From assembly GCA_963779975.1 (NCBI GenBank), contig CAWAAL010000024.1:57153-121152 (forward strand): a stretch of 64,000 bases of DNA. Reading direction: 5' to 3'. Position 1 is the first letter of the stretch. Each line of letters opens with the position of its first letter. Made by a program: the position numbers and the translations under genes. This DNA comes from an uncultured Planctomycetia bacterium. GTDB lineage: Bacteria; Planctomycetota; Planctomycetia; Pirellulales; Thermoguttaceae. This document shows positions 1 to 10,836 of this stretch, in pieces. Under the pieces are notes generated by a model that worked only from the letters and a program-made list of their open reading frames with translations, did no database searches and was not told the DNA's origin.

Positions 1-315
1 TGGAAACACTACGTGAAGGTCTATCCGTGGCTATGCGTGGGGGCGGCGGCCGCGCTGGGATTCCTGATCGTTCCCAAACGATCCAGGGCGACCGCCGCCG
101 ACCTGCCCGCCCCGACCGGACCGGCAAAGACCGACCGTCCGGTCGCCACTGTGGCGCCGTCCGCCGCGCGCGGGGTGGTCGATGCGCTCGTCGGCGCCGT
201 CGCCGGCATCGCGGTCCGCGAGGTAATTGCCTACTTGGGCCAAAACGCCGAGAGATTACTGGGAATAAGCAGGGATCCGGGGACAAACCATCATGATTCG
301 AATCCAACGTCCTGA
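1..315 (+). CDS. hypothetical membrane protein, 5'-partial at window edge; 'VKVYPWLCVGAAAALGFLIV' resembles the DUF883/ElaB-type C-terminal anchor motif
   Basis: ORF open from base 1 in frame 1; hydrophobic segment after an (N)PW-like motif. Confidence 0.3.
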   Translation, partial: WKHYVKVYPWLCVGAAAALGFLIVPKRSRATAADLPAPTGPAKTDRPVATVAPSAARGVVDALVGAVAGIAVREVIAYLGQNAERLLGISRDPGTNHHDSNPTS

Positions 316-501
316 GTCATCGCATGACGGTGCCGGCCGCTCCTCGCTTGGGCTTGACCGCGGCGAGCATGTCGCCATGGCCCGAAAGGAACCATCACGA
401 ATCATCCGGGCCGTCGAGCGGTTCGTGGCCCGATGGCCGCGCATCTGCCTTGGGGCGGCACTATCCGTCGGAATCGTGCTAGGCTGGTGGGTGAAACGAC
501 G

Positions 502-963
502 ATGAATCAAAGCAACGGATCAACGCCGGCGCCGCCCAATGGGGTCGCCCAGGACATGGGCGATTTGACGCACGACATGGTTTCGCTCGCCGAGCTGCAG
601 TTCGAGCTCTTCAGAAACGACTGTCGCAAAGGCCTGAAAGGACTGCTGACCCCCTTCGCGCTGCTGCTGCTGGCGGGGATCGCGGCCGCCGGCACGGTGC
701 CGGTCGCACTGATTTGCGTCGCCGAACTGCTCGCGCAAGCCGCCGGCCTGTCGCGGGCGGCGGCTTTTTCGATCACGGCGCTGGGCGGGTTCAGCGCGGC
801 GGCGGCCCTGGGAGTCGCGGGGTGGTCCCACGTCCGTGGAGTGGGGCGCGTTTTCCGGCGTTCCCGCGAAGAATTGACCCGCAACATGACCTGGATCAAG
901 CAAGTTTTGAAACCGGCGGCGGCGCACGAAGCAGAGTCGCCGCGAGAACCTTCTAACTCATGA
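502..963 (+). CDS. small 2-TM membrane protein, Holin-X-like (phage_holin_3_6-like), commonly paired with DUF883
   Basis: ATG at 502 in-frame with ORF 433..963; two hydrophobic helices; lies directly upstream of a DUF883-like gene. Confidence 0.4.
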   Translation: MNQSNGSTPAPPNGVAQDMGDLTHDMVSLAELQFELFRNDCRKGLKGLLTPFALLLLAGIAAAGTVPVALICVAELLAQAAGLSRAAAFSITALGGFSAAAALGVAGWSHVRGVGRVFRRSREELTRNMTWIKQVLKPAAAHEAESPREPSNS

Positions 964-972
964 GGAAGAACG

Positions 973-1240
973 ATGTCTGCCACAAGTGATCAGTTTGGCC
1001 AAGAGGCGAAAGAAGTGACTGAAAATCTTCAGGAAATGGGACGGACCGTCAGGGACACCGCCCAGGCGAAGCTCGAACAAGCGGGTGAACAGGCCGCGGA
1101 ATACTACGAGCAGGGGCGCAGACAAACTCCATGGCGTCGCGTGCGTCTGCGAGCAGTACATCCGCGAGCGGCCGCTGAGGTCGGTCTTGATGGCGGCCGG
1201 CATCGGCTGGCTGCTCGGTCGCTTTTGGAAACGCGGCTAG
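973..1240 (+). CDS. DUF883 (ElaB/YqjD-like) membrane-anchored stress protein; apparent frameshift near 1100-1150
   Basis: N-terminal coiled-coil 'MSATSDQFGQEAKEVTENLQEMGRTVRDTAQAKLEQAGEQAAEYYEQG' in frame 1; C-terminal anchor 'YIRERPLRSVLMAAGIGWLLGRFWKRG*' in frame 2 ending at TAG 1238-1240. Confidence 0.5.
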
Positions 1241-1254
1241 CGGGAGATGGACCC

Positions 1255-3112
1255 ATGGCGCCCTTGGACCAGTTCGTCAAGTCGGTGTGGATGCTGGGGG
1301 CGACCGCCGTGGTCGTTGCCGCCCTTTACCTCGCCAAGGGCGTGCTCGTGCCCTTGACGCTCGCCGTGCTGCTGAGCTTCCTGCTCAGCCCGGTGTGTGA
1401 TTGGCTCGAGCGGCGCAGGCTGGGCCGGATCCCGGCGGTATTGCTTACGGCCATCCTGGGCTTCGCGGTGCTGGGCTTCGCGGCATGGACGACGGTGGGG
1501 CAAATGACCGCGCTGGCCCCCAAGATGCCCGAGTACCAAGACAACCTGCAAGCGAAACTCCATGCGGTGAACGACTACTTCGTGGCCGCGTTGAACAAGG
1601 CGACAAGAACCGCCGAGGACGTTGGCCAGGATCTTCCGCAAACCCAGCAGGCCAAGACGGCACTGGGAACCGACGAATGGCCCTATTCGGTCCGCGTGCT
1701 TTCCCCGCCCGCGAGTCCCCTGCAACTCCTGGGTCAGACCTTCGGTACGCTGATCGAGGTCTTGGGCCTGACCGGCATCGTCGTCATACTCGTGATTTTC
1801 TTCCTGGTGCGGCGCGAGGACTTGCGCGATCGCTTCATCCGGCTGGTGGGAAAAGGTCACGCGACCGTGACCACGCAGATGCTGGCGGACGCCGCCGCGC
1901 GGGTCAGCCGATACCTCTCGATGCTGTTTCTGATCAATGCCACTTTCGGCATCGTGGTCGGCATCGGGCTTTACCTGATCGGCATACCCAACGCCATCCT
2001 GTGGGGGATCCTGGCTGCAACCTTGAGGTTCGTTCCCTACATCGGCCCCTGGATTGCCGCGGCGCCGCCGATTTGCCTGGCAATGGCCATCTCGACGGGC
2101 TGGTTGGCGCCCATCCTCGCGCTTGCGCTGTTTGCGGGCCTGGAACTCTTCTGCGGGAATGTCCTGGAGCCATGGCTGTATGGCAAGGGCACCGGCGTGT
2201 CGGCGGTGGCGGTTCTGTTGGCGGCCGTCTTTTGGACATGGTTGTGGGGAATCGTCGGACTGCTGCTGGCGACCCCGTTGACCGTGTGCCTGTTGGTGAT
2301 TGGCAAGCACGTTCCCCAACTCTCCTTCTTGCACGTTCTGCTGGGGAACGAGCCGGTGTTCGAGCCCACGCGGCAAGTCTATCAGCGGCTTCTGGCCGGT
2401 GACCAGGAAGAAGCCGCCGAATTGGTCGACGATGATCTCGAGAACAGGCCGCTGGTGGAGGTCTACGACACGCTGCTCGTGCCGGCGCTGGCTTTGGCCG
2501 AAACCGACTGGCATCACGGCGAACTGGACGAGGGCCGGCACGCGTTCATCTTGCGGAGCCTGAAGGAGATGATTCAGGAAAGGGACGAGGGCCAGCCGGA
2601 AGTGAAAGCGAAAGAGGGTATCGAGGACGGGCCGGAAAAGGTGTCGGCCGGGTGGCGGCCGTACATCCTCTGCCTGCCCGCCCGCGACGAGGCGGATGAG
2701 ATCGCCGGAATGATGTTGGCGCAATTATTGGCGACGGGCGAGCGCCTCGTACAGTCGGTCTCGTTTACGGCCGCGGCCGGCGCAGTTGCTTGATCTTGTC
2801 GAGAAGCGCACACCCGACGTGGTGTGCGTTTCCGCCACGCCGCCCGCCGCCGTGATGCATGCCCGCCACCTCTGCAGGCTCGTTCGCAGTCGATTTCCGG
2901 AAGTACGCGTGGTCGTGGGATTGTGGAACGCGCAAGGCGATCTGAGCAAGGCGCAGGCGCGCATCGGCGCGGGCGCCGCAACGCATGTCGTTGCGACCTT
3001 GGCGGAGGCGCAAGAACAGGTCCGCCTGCTGGTCCAGCCGCGCTTGCCGCCGTCCGAAAAAGAGGTACCGCCGGATAGCGGTCCCCTGGTCATGGAGGCG
3101 GCGCACGCGTGA
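1255..3112 (+). CDS. AI-2E family transporter (UPF0118/PerM-like) with ~250-aa C-terminal cobalamin-binding-like (Rossmann-like) extension; frameshift near 2770
   Basis: 'TLAVLLSFLLSPVCDWLERRRLGRIPAVLLTAILGFAVLGFAAW' is typical of AI-2E; 8+ TM helices; C-terminal part continues in ORF 2786..3112 after a 1-nt shift at 'ggccggcgcag'. Confidence 0.7.
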
Positions 3113-3164
3113 AACTACTCATCAAATCACCAGGTTCGATTGTTCTTTTGAAAGGAGAGCTGAA

Positions 3165-3329
3165 ATGCTCGGTACTATTTTGATCGTGTTGTTGGTTCTG
3201 ATGCTGCTGGGGTCGCTGGGTACGTTGCCCACGTGGTCGCACAGCAGAAGCTGGGGCTATGGCCCGAGCGGCGGGATGGGAGTGGTTGTGGTGATTCTGA
3301 TCGTCCTGCTGCTCGTGAGAGGCTTTTGA
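3165..3329 (+). CDS. DUF3309-family small membrane protein
   Basis: 'MLGTILIVLLVLMLLGSLGTLPTWSHSRSWGYGPSGGMGVVVVILIVLLLVRGF'; RBS aaaggagag 6 nt upstream of ATG 3165. Confidence 0.6.
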   Translation: MLGTILIVLLVLMLLGSLGTLPTWSHSRSWGYGPSGGMGVVVVILIVLLLVRGF

Positions 3330-3340
3330 TCATTGCTGGG

Positions 3341-4093
3341 ATGCAGATCCTGCGGCTGCTGAAGCAAACGTCGTTGGAGTGGTATCAGTCCAGGGCTTTT
3401 GAGCTCGGCGCCGCCCTGGCCTTTTACGCCATTTTCTCGATCGCGCCGGTGATTGTGCTGGCCTTCACTGCCGCCAGCCTGGTTCTCGGTACAGAGGCGG
3501 CGCAGGGCCGGTTGACCGAGCAGATCGAAAGCACCGTCGGTCACACCGTGGCCGTTGCCATCCAGGCCACCGCGCAATACACGTACCAGAGCGGCTCGAG
3601 CGTCCCGGCGACGGTTCTCAGCATCGTCTTTTTCGGGCTTGGCGCCATCGGGCTTTTCAGCCAACTGCAAATCGCCCTGAACGCGATCTGGGAGGTCGAG
3701 CCCAAATCGGGGCGGGGACTGCGAGGAAACCTGCACGATCGGTTGGGATCATTCCTGGCCGTCCTGGGAATCAGCGCGCTCTTGCTGGCCGACCTGCTAG
3801 TCACGGCACTCCTCTCCGCGCTCGGCCGGGTGGTGCCCTCCTCGCCCGCGCCCCAAGGCTTCCCGTTCTGGTGGGCCGTCATGTTCACCGTCTCCTGGGC
3901 ATTCCTCACGCTGGATCACCACCCCTATATATTAGGGGGCGGAACCGGTAAACTTACAGTCGGACGATGTATTTCAGACTGTATGCTGCGCGTCCTACCG
4001 ATCGCCAGATCGCCCTTGGGCGATTGCCGGCGAACACGTCAAGTCGCGCCTTGCCCGAGTTGTCTACAAAGGCAATCTGGCCATAAGCGATAA
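3341..4093 (+). pseudogene. YihY/BrkB-family inner membrane protein, truncated after ~TM4 (homology ends ~3905)
   Basis: 'AFYAIFSIAPVIVLAFTAASLVLGTEAAQGRLTEQIESTVG...' is YihY-like; the C-terminal third is replaced by a lower-GC non-homologous stretch beginning at the palindrome cccctatatattaggggg (3915-3932). Confidence 0.5.
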
Positions 4094-4152
4094 GGCGGGG
4101 CCGCGTAGGAACGATGCTTGCGAGCGCTGATTTGTCGCGCAGGAGGAGCAAG

Positions 4153-7100
4153 GTGTCGAATAGAAAGGTGAAAACCACCGTCAAGCGAGCGCCCACATCG
4201 CTAGAAAACGTAGAACCGGACATGCCAGCCGTCCCCCCGGTGGAGGAGAGGCCGGCTGTAGAGGCAGATTTGGGCGTGCATCCGAAGGCGGGCTTTCCCA
4301 TCGTCGGCATCGGTGCGTCGGCCGGCGGTTTGGCGGCGTTTGAGGCTTTCTTTTCCGGGATGCCTGCCGAGACCGATCCGGGCATGGCCTTTGTCCTGGT
4401 GCAGCATCTGGCCCCGGACCATAAAAGCATCCTCTCCGACCTGGTCAAACGATATACGCGCATGCAGGTCTTCGAGGTCGAGGACGGAATGCCGGTCAGG
4501 CCCAACTGTGCCTACATTATTCCACCCAATCGGGACATGGCCTTTCTGGACGGTACGCTCCAGTTGCTGGAGCCGGCTCGCGCCGCGCGGCCATCGCCTG
4601 CCGATTGACTTCTTCTTCCGCTCTCTGGCCCAGGACCAACACGAGCGGGCGATCTGCATCGTGCTCTCGGGCACCGGTAGCGATGGTACGCAGGGAGTGC
4701 GGGCGGTCAAGGGCGAGGGCGGCATGGTGATGGTACAGAACCCCGAATCCACCGAGTACGACGGTATGCCGCGCAGCGCCATCGCCACTGGACTGGTGGA
4801 CTACGTGCTGCCGCCCGCCGAGATGCCGCCCCAGATCATCGCCTACGTCGCCCATGCATTCGGCAAAAAACCCCGGCCGGTCTCTCCCCCGGCTCCCAAG
4901 GCCGGAGACGCGATGAAGAAGGTCTTTATCCTGTTGCGAGTCCAGACCGGCCACGATTTTTCGCAGTACAAACAAACCACGATCAACCGCCGCGTCGAGC
5001 GGCGCATGGCCGTCCACCAGATCGAACGGTTGAATGAGTACGTTCGTCACTTGCAGCAGACCCCGGCCGAAGTGGAGGCCCTCTTTCGCGATCTCTTGAT
5101 CGGCGTCACCAATTTCTTTCGCGACCCGGAGGCGTTCGCGGCGCTGAAAGGAACAGGTCATCCCGCGACTTTGTGCCGACAAGGACGCGGGGGCAGCGAT
5201 CCGCGTCTGGGTGCCTGGTTGCTCCACCGGCGAGGAAGCATTTTCCATCGCCATCCTGATCCAGGAGCAGATGGAACTGCTGAAGCAGAGTTGCAAAGTG
5301 CAGGTGTTCGCCACGGATATTGATCGCCAGGCCATCGAACAGGCCCGCACCGGTATCTATCCCGTCAGCATTGCCGCCGACATTTCACCGGAACGACTAT
5401 CGCGGTTTTTCGCCCAGGAGCCGGACGGCACGGCCTATCGCGTCAACAAAAGCCTCCGCGACCTATTGGTCTTTTCCGAGCAGGACGTGATCAAAGACCC
5501 GCCGTTTTCCAAACTGGACATGATCAGTTGCCGCAACCTGTTGATCTATATGGGCGGGGATCTCCAGAAGAAGCTCATGCCCCTGTTCCATTACGCACTA
5601 AAGCCGGGCGGCACGCTCTTCCTGGGAACCTCCGAGACCGTGGGCGAGTTCGCGGACCTGTTTTCCACGCTGGACCGCAAGTCGAAGCTGTATCAACGCA
5701 AAGAGAACGGTTCTGGCGCACAACGCCCGGCCATGGGAAAGTATCTTCCGCCCCTGACGGAAGGTGAAACCGCTTTACGGCCCTCCGCGAAGGCTCCCGG
5801 CGAAAGCACGTTCCGACTGCGCGAGTTGACCGAACGGGCGTTGCTGCAACAGTACGCCCCGGTCGCTGCGCTGATCAACCAACGCGGCGACATCCTGTAC
5901 CTCCACGGCCGTACCGGCTTGTACCTGGAACCAGCCCCAGGCGAACCCGGCATGAATATCCTGAAGATGGCCCGCGAAGGGTTGCGGCAAGAACTGACGA
6001 CTGCCTTGCACAAGGCTGTGGCCAGCAGAGATTTGGTGCGGCATCCGGGACTGCGGGTCAAAACCAACGGCGACTTCACCTTGGTCGATCTAACGATCCG
6101 GCCGGTAGCGGCAGGCCCCAGACGCCGCCACTGATTCGGCCCTGTTTCTGGTCATCTTTGAGGAATCGCCGCCGACAGTCCAGCAGCGGCCGGAAAAGGC
6201 CATAGCCGTGGATTCGGTGCAAGGCTCGGACTCCGGCGCCATGGATGTCGATGCGCGGATCGCGGCGCTCAAGCAGGAACTGCGGGCCAAGGAAGAATAC
6301 CTCCAGACCACGAACGAGGAATTGGAGACATCCAACGAAGAACTGAAATCCTCCAACGAGGAGATGCAGTCGGTCAACGAAGAGTTGCAATCCACGAACG
6401 AGGAACTGGAAACCTCCAAGGAGGAACTGCAATCGGTCAACGAGGAACTGGCCACGGTCAACGCCGAGTTGCAACAGAAGGTGCTCGATCTCTCGCGGGC
6501 CAACAACGACATGAACAATCTGCTGGCTGGTTCGGGCATTGGTACAATTTTCGTGGACTATCAACTGCACATCCAGCGATTTACTCCCGCTGTCACCCAG
6601 GTCATCAACCTGATCCTGACCGACGTGGGGCGGCCCGTGGGGCACATCGTATCCAACTTGGCTGGTTATGACCGCCTGGTGGAGGACGTGAAGGCCGTCC
6701 TGGACACCCTGGTTCCCAAGGAGGTTGAAGTGCAAACCAAGGCGGGTGCGTGGTATTTGCTGCGAATCCGGCCCTATCGTACCCTGGAGAACGTGATCGA
6801 AGGCGCGGTGATTACCTTCACGGAGATTACCGAAATGAGAAATGCCCAGGCAGCCCTGCGGGAATCCGAGGCCCTGCGCCGCCTGGCCGTCGTGGTGCGC
6901 GATGCGCAAGATGCCATCCTGATGCAAGACTTGGAGGGACGCATCCTGGCATGGAACCCGAGTGCGGAGGCAATGTACGGCTGGAGCGAAGCCGAGGCGC
7001 TGACGATGAATATCCGCGACCTGATCCCGGAAGGGCAGCGGGAGGGCACGTCCGCCATGGTGAAACAGATTGCTCGTGGTGGGATCTTGGAGCCCTATCA

Positions 7101-7272
7101 CACGCAACGGATCGCCAAGGACGGCCGGATCGTGGAGGTGCGGCTGTCTGCCACTGCCTTGATGAACGAAATCGGAAAAGTGTATGCCATCGCGACCACG
7201 GAGCGGGAGATACGCGGGCAAGATGAGGATAGGGCCTCTATGGTCACGAGAAGGAAGCCTGGCCATGACTAA
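4153..7272 (+). CDS. CheB methylesterase - CheR methyltransferase - coiled-coil - PAS hybrid chemosensory protein (~1040 aa); 3 apparent frameshifts (~4590, ~5145, ~6110)
   Basis: ORFs 4114..4608 (CheB: 'FPIVGIGASAGGLAAFEAFF'), 4313..5323, 5211..6134 (CheR: 'IRVWVPGCSTGEEAFSIAILI'), 6208..7272 (SNEEL/TNEEL coiled coil + PAS) join colinearly; shifts occur at aaagg, cccc and GC runs; RBS aggagg before GTG 4153. Confidence 0.7.
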
Positions 7273-8995
7273 GAAACGACCTCGTGCAGACGATTTCGCC
7301 GATCTGCGTCGGCGGGCGGAGGAAAAGGCTCACGCCGACGAGGCCCAGGTTCAGAAACCGCTATCGCCCAAGGAATCCGGACGGCTGCTCCACGAGTTGC
7401 AAGTGCATCAGATCGAGCTGGAGATGCAGAACGAGGAACTGCGCCGGGCACAGGGCGAACTCGAAGCCGCGCGGGCGCGGTATTTCGACCTCTTCGACCT
7501 GGCGCCGGTGGGCTATTTCACCCTCAGCGAACAGGGGCTGATCCTGGAAGCAAACCTCACGGCGGCCAGTTTACTGGGCGTGGAGAGACGCGACTTGGTC
7601 AAGAAGCCGTTGACGCGCTTCATCCTTCCGGAGGACCAGGATATCTACTACCGGCATCGCAAGCAACTCTTTGAAACGGGCACGCCGCAGGTGTACGATC
7701 TGCGAGTGCTGCGTGCAGACACCGACCCCTTCTGGGCGCGTTGGGAGACGACCGAGGCGCAGGATGCTGACGGTGCGCCCGTGTGCCGGGCCGTGATGAG
7801 CGACATTACCGCGCGGAAGCAGGCAGAGGAGAAGTTGGCCGAACTGGACCGCCGCAAAGATCAATTTCTGGCGATGCTCAGCCATGAACTTCGCAACCCT
7901 CTTGCCCCCATCCTCAACTCCGTGCAACTGCTTCAACTCCAGAAAAGCCAGAACTCCGTTCAACAAAAGGCCCTGGCCATCATCGAGCGACAGGTGGGGC
8001 AACTGACGCACTTGGTTGGCGACCTGTTGGAAGTCTCCCGCGCGATCACCGGCAGGATTCAGCTTTGCCAAGAGCAAGTCGCCGTGAACAGCATCGTGGA
8101 ACGTGCCCTGGAGACGGCTCGTCCGCTGATCGACCAGCGCAAACATGAACTCACGGTGTCGCTGCCGCAAGACCCGATTTGGCTGTACGCCGACGCCTCC
8201 CGGCTGGAGCAAGTCGTGACGAACCTCCTCACCAACGCCGCCAAGTACACCAAGGAAGGCGGTCACATCTGGCTCTCCGCCGAGCAGGAGGGCGACAAAG
8301 CGGTGTTGCGCGTGCGGGATACGGGCCTCGGCATTGCTCCCGCGTTCCTGCCTCACGTCTTCGAATTGTTCACGCAAGCCGAGCGGTCATCCGACCGTTC
8401 GCAGGGCGGGTTAGGCATTGGATTGACCCTGGCGAAGCGGCTGGTCGAAATGCACGGAGGAACCATAGGGGTCTCCAGCACTTTGGGGCAAGGTAGCGAG
8501 TTCGTCGTGAGCCTTGTCGTCTGTCCGCCAGGAACGATCTCGGGCCGGGCCGGGTACCAGCGCAGCGGGTGGGCTTGCGGGTGGCAGCCGCCTGCAACGG
8601 AAATAGCCAGGCCGACCGAGTCAGTCTTGCGGGTCCTGGTGGTGGACGATAACCTGGATGCGGCGAATGCCTTGAAAATGCTGGTGGAGGAAGCGGGGCA
8701 TTTGGTGCGGATGGCTTACACCGGCCCGACGGCATTGGCAGCGGCCCTCGATTATCGGCCCGACGTGATGCTGCTGGACATCGGCCTGCCGGAGTTGGAT
8801 GGCCTTGAAGTGGCAAAGCGGATACGTCAGGAGCCCCTACTCCGCGACATCGTGCTAGTAGCCGTGACGGGGTATCGACAGGCGGCAGACCGGCAACGTG
8901 TGCTGGAAGCGGGGTTCGATCACTATTTGGTCAAGCCCGCCGACTTCGAGAAGGTGCGACAAATCTTGGCGGAGGTCGCGGAGAAGGCGACCTGA
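7265..8995 (+). CDS. PAS - HisKA - HATPase_c - REC hybrid sensor histidine kinase
   Basis: 'FLAMLSHELRNPLAPI' H-box, HATPase motifs, C-terminal 'VLVVDDNLDAANAL...LLDIGLPELDG' receiver; ATG overlaps the stop of the upstream gene (atgactaa). Confidence 0.85.
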   Translation: MTKKRPRADDFADLRRRAEEKAHADEAQVQKPLSPKESGRLLHELQVHQIELEMQNEELRRAQGELEAARARYFDLFDLAPVGYFTLSEQGLILEANLTAASLLGVERRDLVKKPLTRFILPEDQDIYYRHRKQLFETGTPQVYDLRVLRADTDPFWARWETTEAQDADGAPVCRAVMSDITARKQAEEKLAELDRRKDQFLAMLSHELRNPLAPILNSVQLLQLQKSQNSVQQKALAIIERQVGQLTHLVGDLLEVSRAITGRIQLCQEQVAVNSIVERALETARPLIDQRKHELTVSLPQDPIWLYADASRLEQVVTNLLTNAAKYTKEGGHIWLSAEQEGDKAVLRVRDTGLGIAPAFLPHVFELFTQAERSSDRSQGGLGIGLTLAKRLVEMHGGTIGVSSTLGQGSEFVVSLVVCPPGTISGRAGYQRSGWACGWQPPATEIARPTESVLRVLVVDDNLDAANALKMLVEEAGHLVRMAYTGPTALAAALDYRPDVMLLDIGLPELDGLEVAKRIRQEPLLRDIVLVAVTGYRQAADRQRVLEAGFDHYLVKPADFEKVRQILAEVAEKAT

Positions 8996-9045
8996 CGCCC
9001 ACGAATCGGGTAGAATGGCCTGCGATTCACAACAGGGTTCAAACC

Positions 9046-9092
9046 GTCCGACGTGGCCGAAGGCCTTGGAGTGTTCCGTCACGTCGGCGGGA
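9046..9092 (+). repeat. degenerate copy of the 3' terminator hairpin of the multi-copy RNA element (no T-tract)
   Basis: ccgacgtggccgaaggccttggagtgttccgtcacgtcggc vs consensus ccgacgtggtcgaatacctccgggtgttccgccacgtcggc (~34/41 identical). Confidence 0.5.
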
Positions 9093-9113
9093 TTGGCGAA
9101 AGAGAGAAAACTT

Positions 9114-9974
9114 ATGCCAGGGACAGGGAAAGTTCTTCGGGTTCTCGTGGTCGATGACGACCGAGACGGTGCGGACACGCTTGGCCTGCTCGTTGAAGAA
9201 CTCGGCAACCAGGTACATGTGACCTATGGCGGGACGTCGGCACTCGACGTTGCGACCGTATTTCGGCCCGACCTGATGTTGATCGACCTGGCAATGCCTG
9301 ACATGGATGGATGTCATCTCGTTGGGCAATTTCGCCAGATTCCGGCCTTCGCGAAGACGCGAATCGTGGCGGTCACCGGCCATGCCAACGAGGGACATAG
9401 AACCTTGGCCATGAAGGCCGGGTTCGATAAGGTCCTCTTCAAGCCTGTTGCTCTGAAAGAAATCAAAGCGGTCTTAGCCAGTGTCGTTCAGGGGGGCGCA
9501 CTTGCGGGCCCATCGCCGCAACCGGCCAAGAAGCATGCGAGTTCCCAAGCAGAACGACGTTTGCCGATTAACGAAGCGCGTAGAATCAGGAAGGATCGCA
9601 AATCAGGAATCCTCACTCAAGCAGAAAGCGAAGCAGCCGTCTGCGAGGGGATCATTCGCTTTCAAGAGGACTATTTGGGAGGGGGGGCGGAGCAGATCCG
9701 CGTACACTTCATCAAAGACCTCCTCGTGATCCGCATTCTGGGTGCTTTGACGGTGGCCGAGCGGCAACTGGTCAAGTCCTTTTCGCCGGAGAAAGGGAGG
9801 GATCTCATCAAGCAGACACGGGAACAACTGCTGGAGTTGGCACGCCCGATGTTGGAATCGATGGTCCATGAGGTCGTGGGCGTGAAGGTGTTGAGCATGC
9901 ACCACGACATCAGTACTGTGACCGGGGAAGAAGTGGTCCTCTTCAGCTTGACCGAGGCACCTCGCTTTTCCTAA
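9114..9974 (+). CDS. response regulator: REC domain fused to a C-terminal DUF2294-like domain
   Basis: 'KVLRVLVVDDDRDGADTL...LIDLAMPDMDG' receiver; C-terminal half is a paralogue of the standalone protein at 10837..11241 ('...HHDISTVTGEEVVLF...'). Confidence 0.75.
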   Translation: MPGTGKVLRVLVVDDDRDGADTLGLLVEELGNQVHVTYGGTSALDVATVFRPDLMLIDLAMPDMDGCHLVGQFRQIPAFAKTRIVAVTGHANEGHRTLAMKAGFDKVLFKPVALKEIKAVLASVVQGGALAGPSPQPAKKHASSQAERRLPINEARRIRKDRKSGILTQAESEAAVCEGIIRFQEDYLGGGAEQIRVHFIKDLLVIRILGALTVAERQLVKSFSPEKGRDLIKQTREQLLELARPMLESMVHEVVGVKVLSMHHDISTVTGEEVVLFSLTEAPRFS

Positions 9975-10248
9975 GGTCGGCAAGCCGCCAGGGCAAAAGC
10001 CGCCAGGGCAAAAGTCGCCACAGACGCCGATCCCCGACACTTGGGAACTACTGTAGAGACCAAGGAGATTCCTCGTGGTCGGGGCAAATTGCATGCAGGA
10101 CATCCTGTTCCACCGCATCGTGACCATTAGGGCGTTTGGGTGGCGAGTCCTCTCTTGGGCTGTTTTCGAGAGCCAGGGCGACACATTCCTCTCCTTGGCT
10201 CCAAGGAGACGCGTTCTTTGAAGCGACGACTTCGCGAGAATAACTCTC

Positions 10249-10397
10249 TTGCCTTTGCCTCATAGCGGCATACAATGATGGCAGAGTCGCGATACACTCG
10301 ATCGCGACTCTGCAACAAGAATGTCGGATGACTAGATAGAGAGCAACCCGGCCGTACGGGGAGGCTCGTTAGTGAGTAAGCCGACGTGGTCGAATAG
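10249..10397 (+). ncRNA. multi-copy promoter-RNA element, copy 1 (3'-truncated, terminator missing); span includes promoter
   Basis: -35 TTGCCT 10249-54, 16-bp spacer, -10 TACAAT 10271-76; 5' hairpin gcagagtcgcgat/atcgcgactctgc; core tgtcggatgactagatagagagcaacccggccg...; homology ends at gtcgaata (10397) where the minus-strand transglutaminase fragment begins. Confidence 0.6.
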
Positions 10398-10819
10398 TCG
10401 TACAGCTCGCGCAGTTGCGTTTCCGGCAGTTCGACGGGCGCCAAATACGGGAAGAGCATCATGTGCTCCCAAGGCATCCAGACCAGTGGAAACGACGGAC
10501 GGATTGGCGCACGAGTGAAGGCGAACGGGTTGACGCCGGACAAGGCAATCGTGGACTCGGCCGTGAGTATGAGTTCCGTGTAGGGTTGGCTGATCTCGAA
10601 TCGACTGGCCGAATTGCCAAAGACATCTTCGAATTCCATGATCGGGACGGCGGGAACAATCTGCAAGCGATAGTTCAAGACGCTCTGATGGACGTCATTG
10701 ATCGGCCGCAGGTGGACGCAATGCTTGCTGTGCTGAACGGGCTGATTGTAACCAAACCGGGTCGTGTGCTTGACAGTCAAGCGACGGCTGCCAATCGTGG
10801 ACGGGACGGGCATGGTCAT
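10395..10819 (-). pseudogene. N-terminal fragment (~143 aa) of a transglutaminase-like protein (Bact_transglu_N domain), truncated at the junction with RNA-element copy 1
   Basis: 'MTMPVPSTIGSRRLTVKHTTRFGYNQPVQHSKHCVHLRPI...' is a typical Bact_transglu_N start; beyond ~aa 143 the ORF merely translates the repeat element. Confidence 0.5.
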
Positions 10820-10836
10820 GATGAGGGTCTGAACGG

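Noticed and set aside
1111-1140. 'NPW' DUF883 motif apparently present in frame 1 (…RRQTPWRR…) suggesting no frameshift
   Set aside because: The downstream frame-1 text (VRLRAVHPRAAAEV…) has no membrane anchor, whereas frame 2 gives the canonical 'YIRERPLRSVLMAAGIGWLLGRFWKRG*'; the PW in frame 1 is taken as coincidental.
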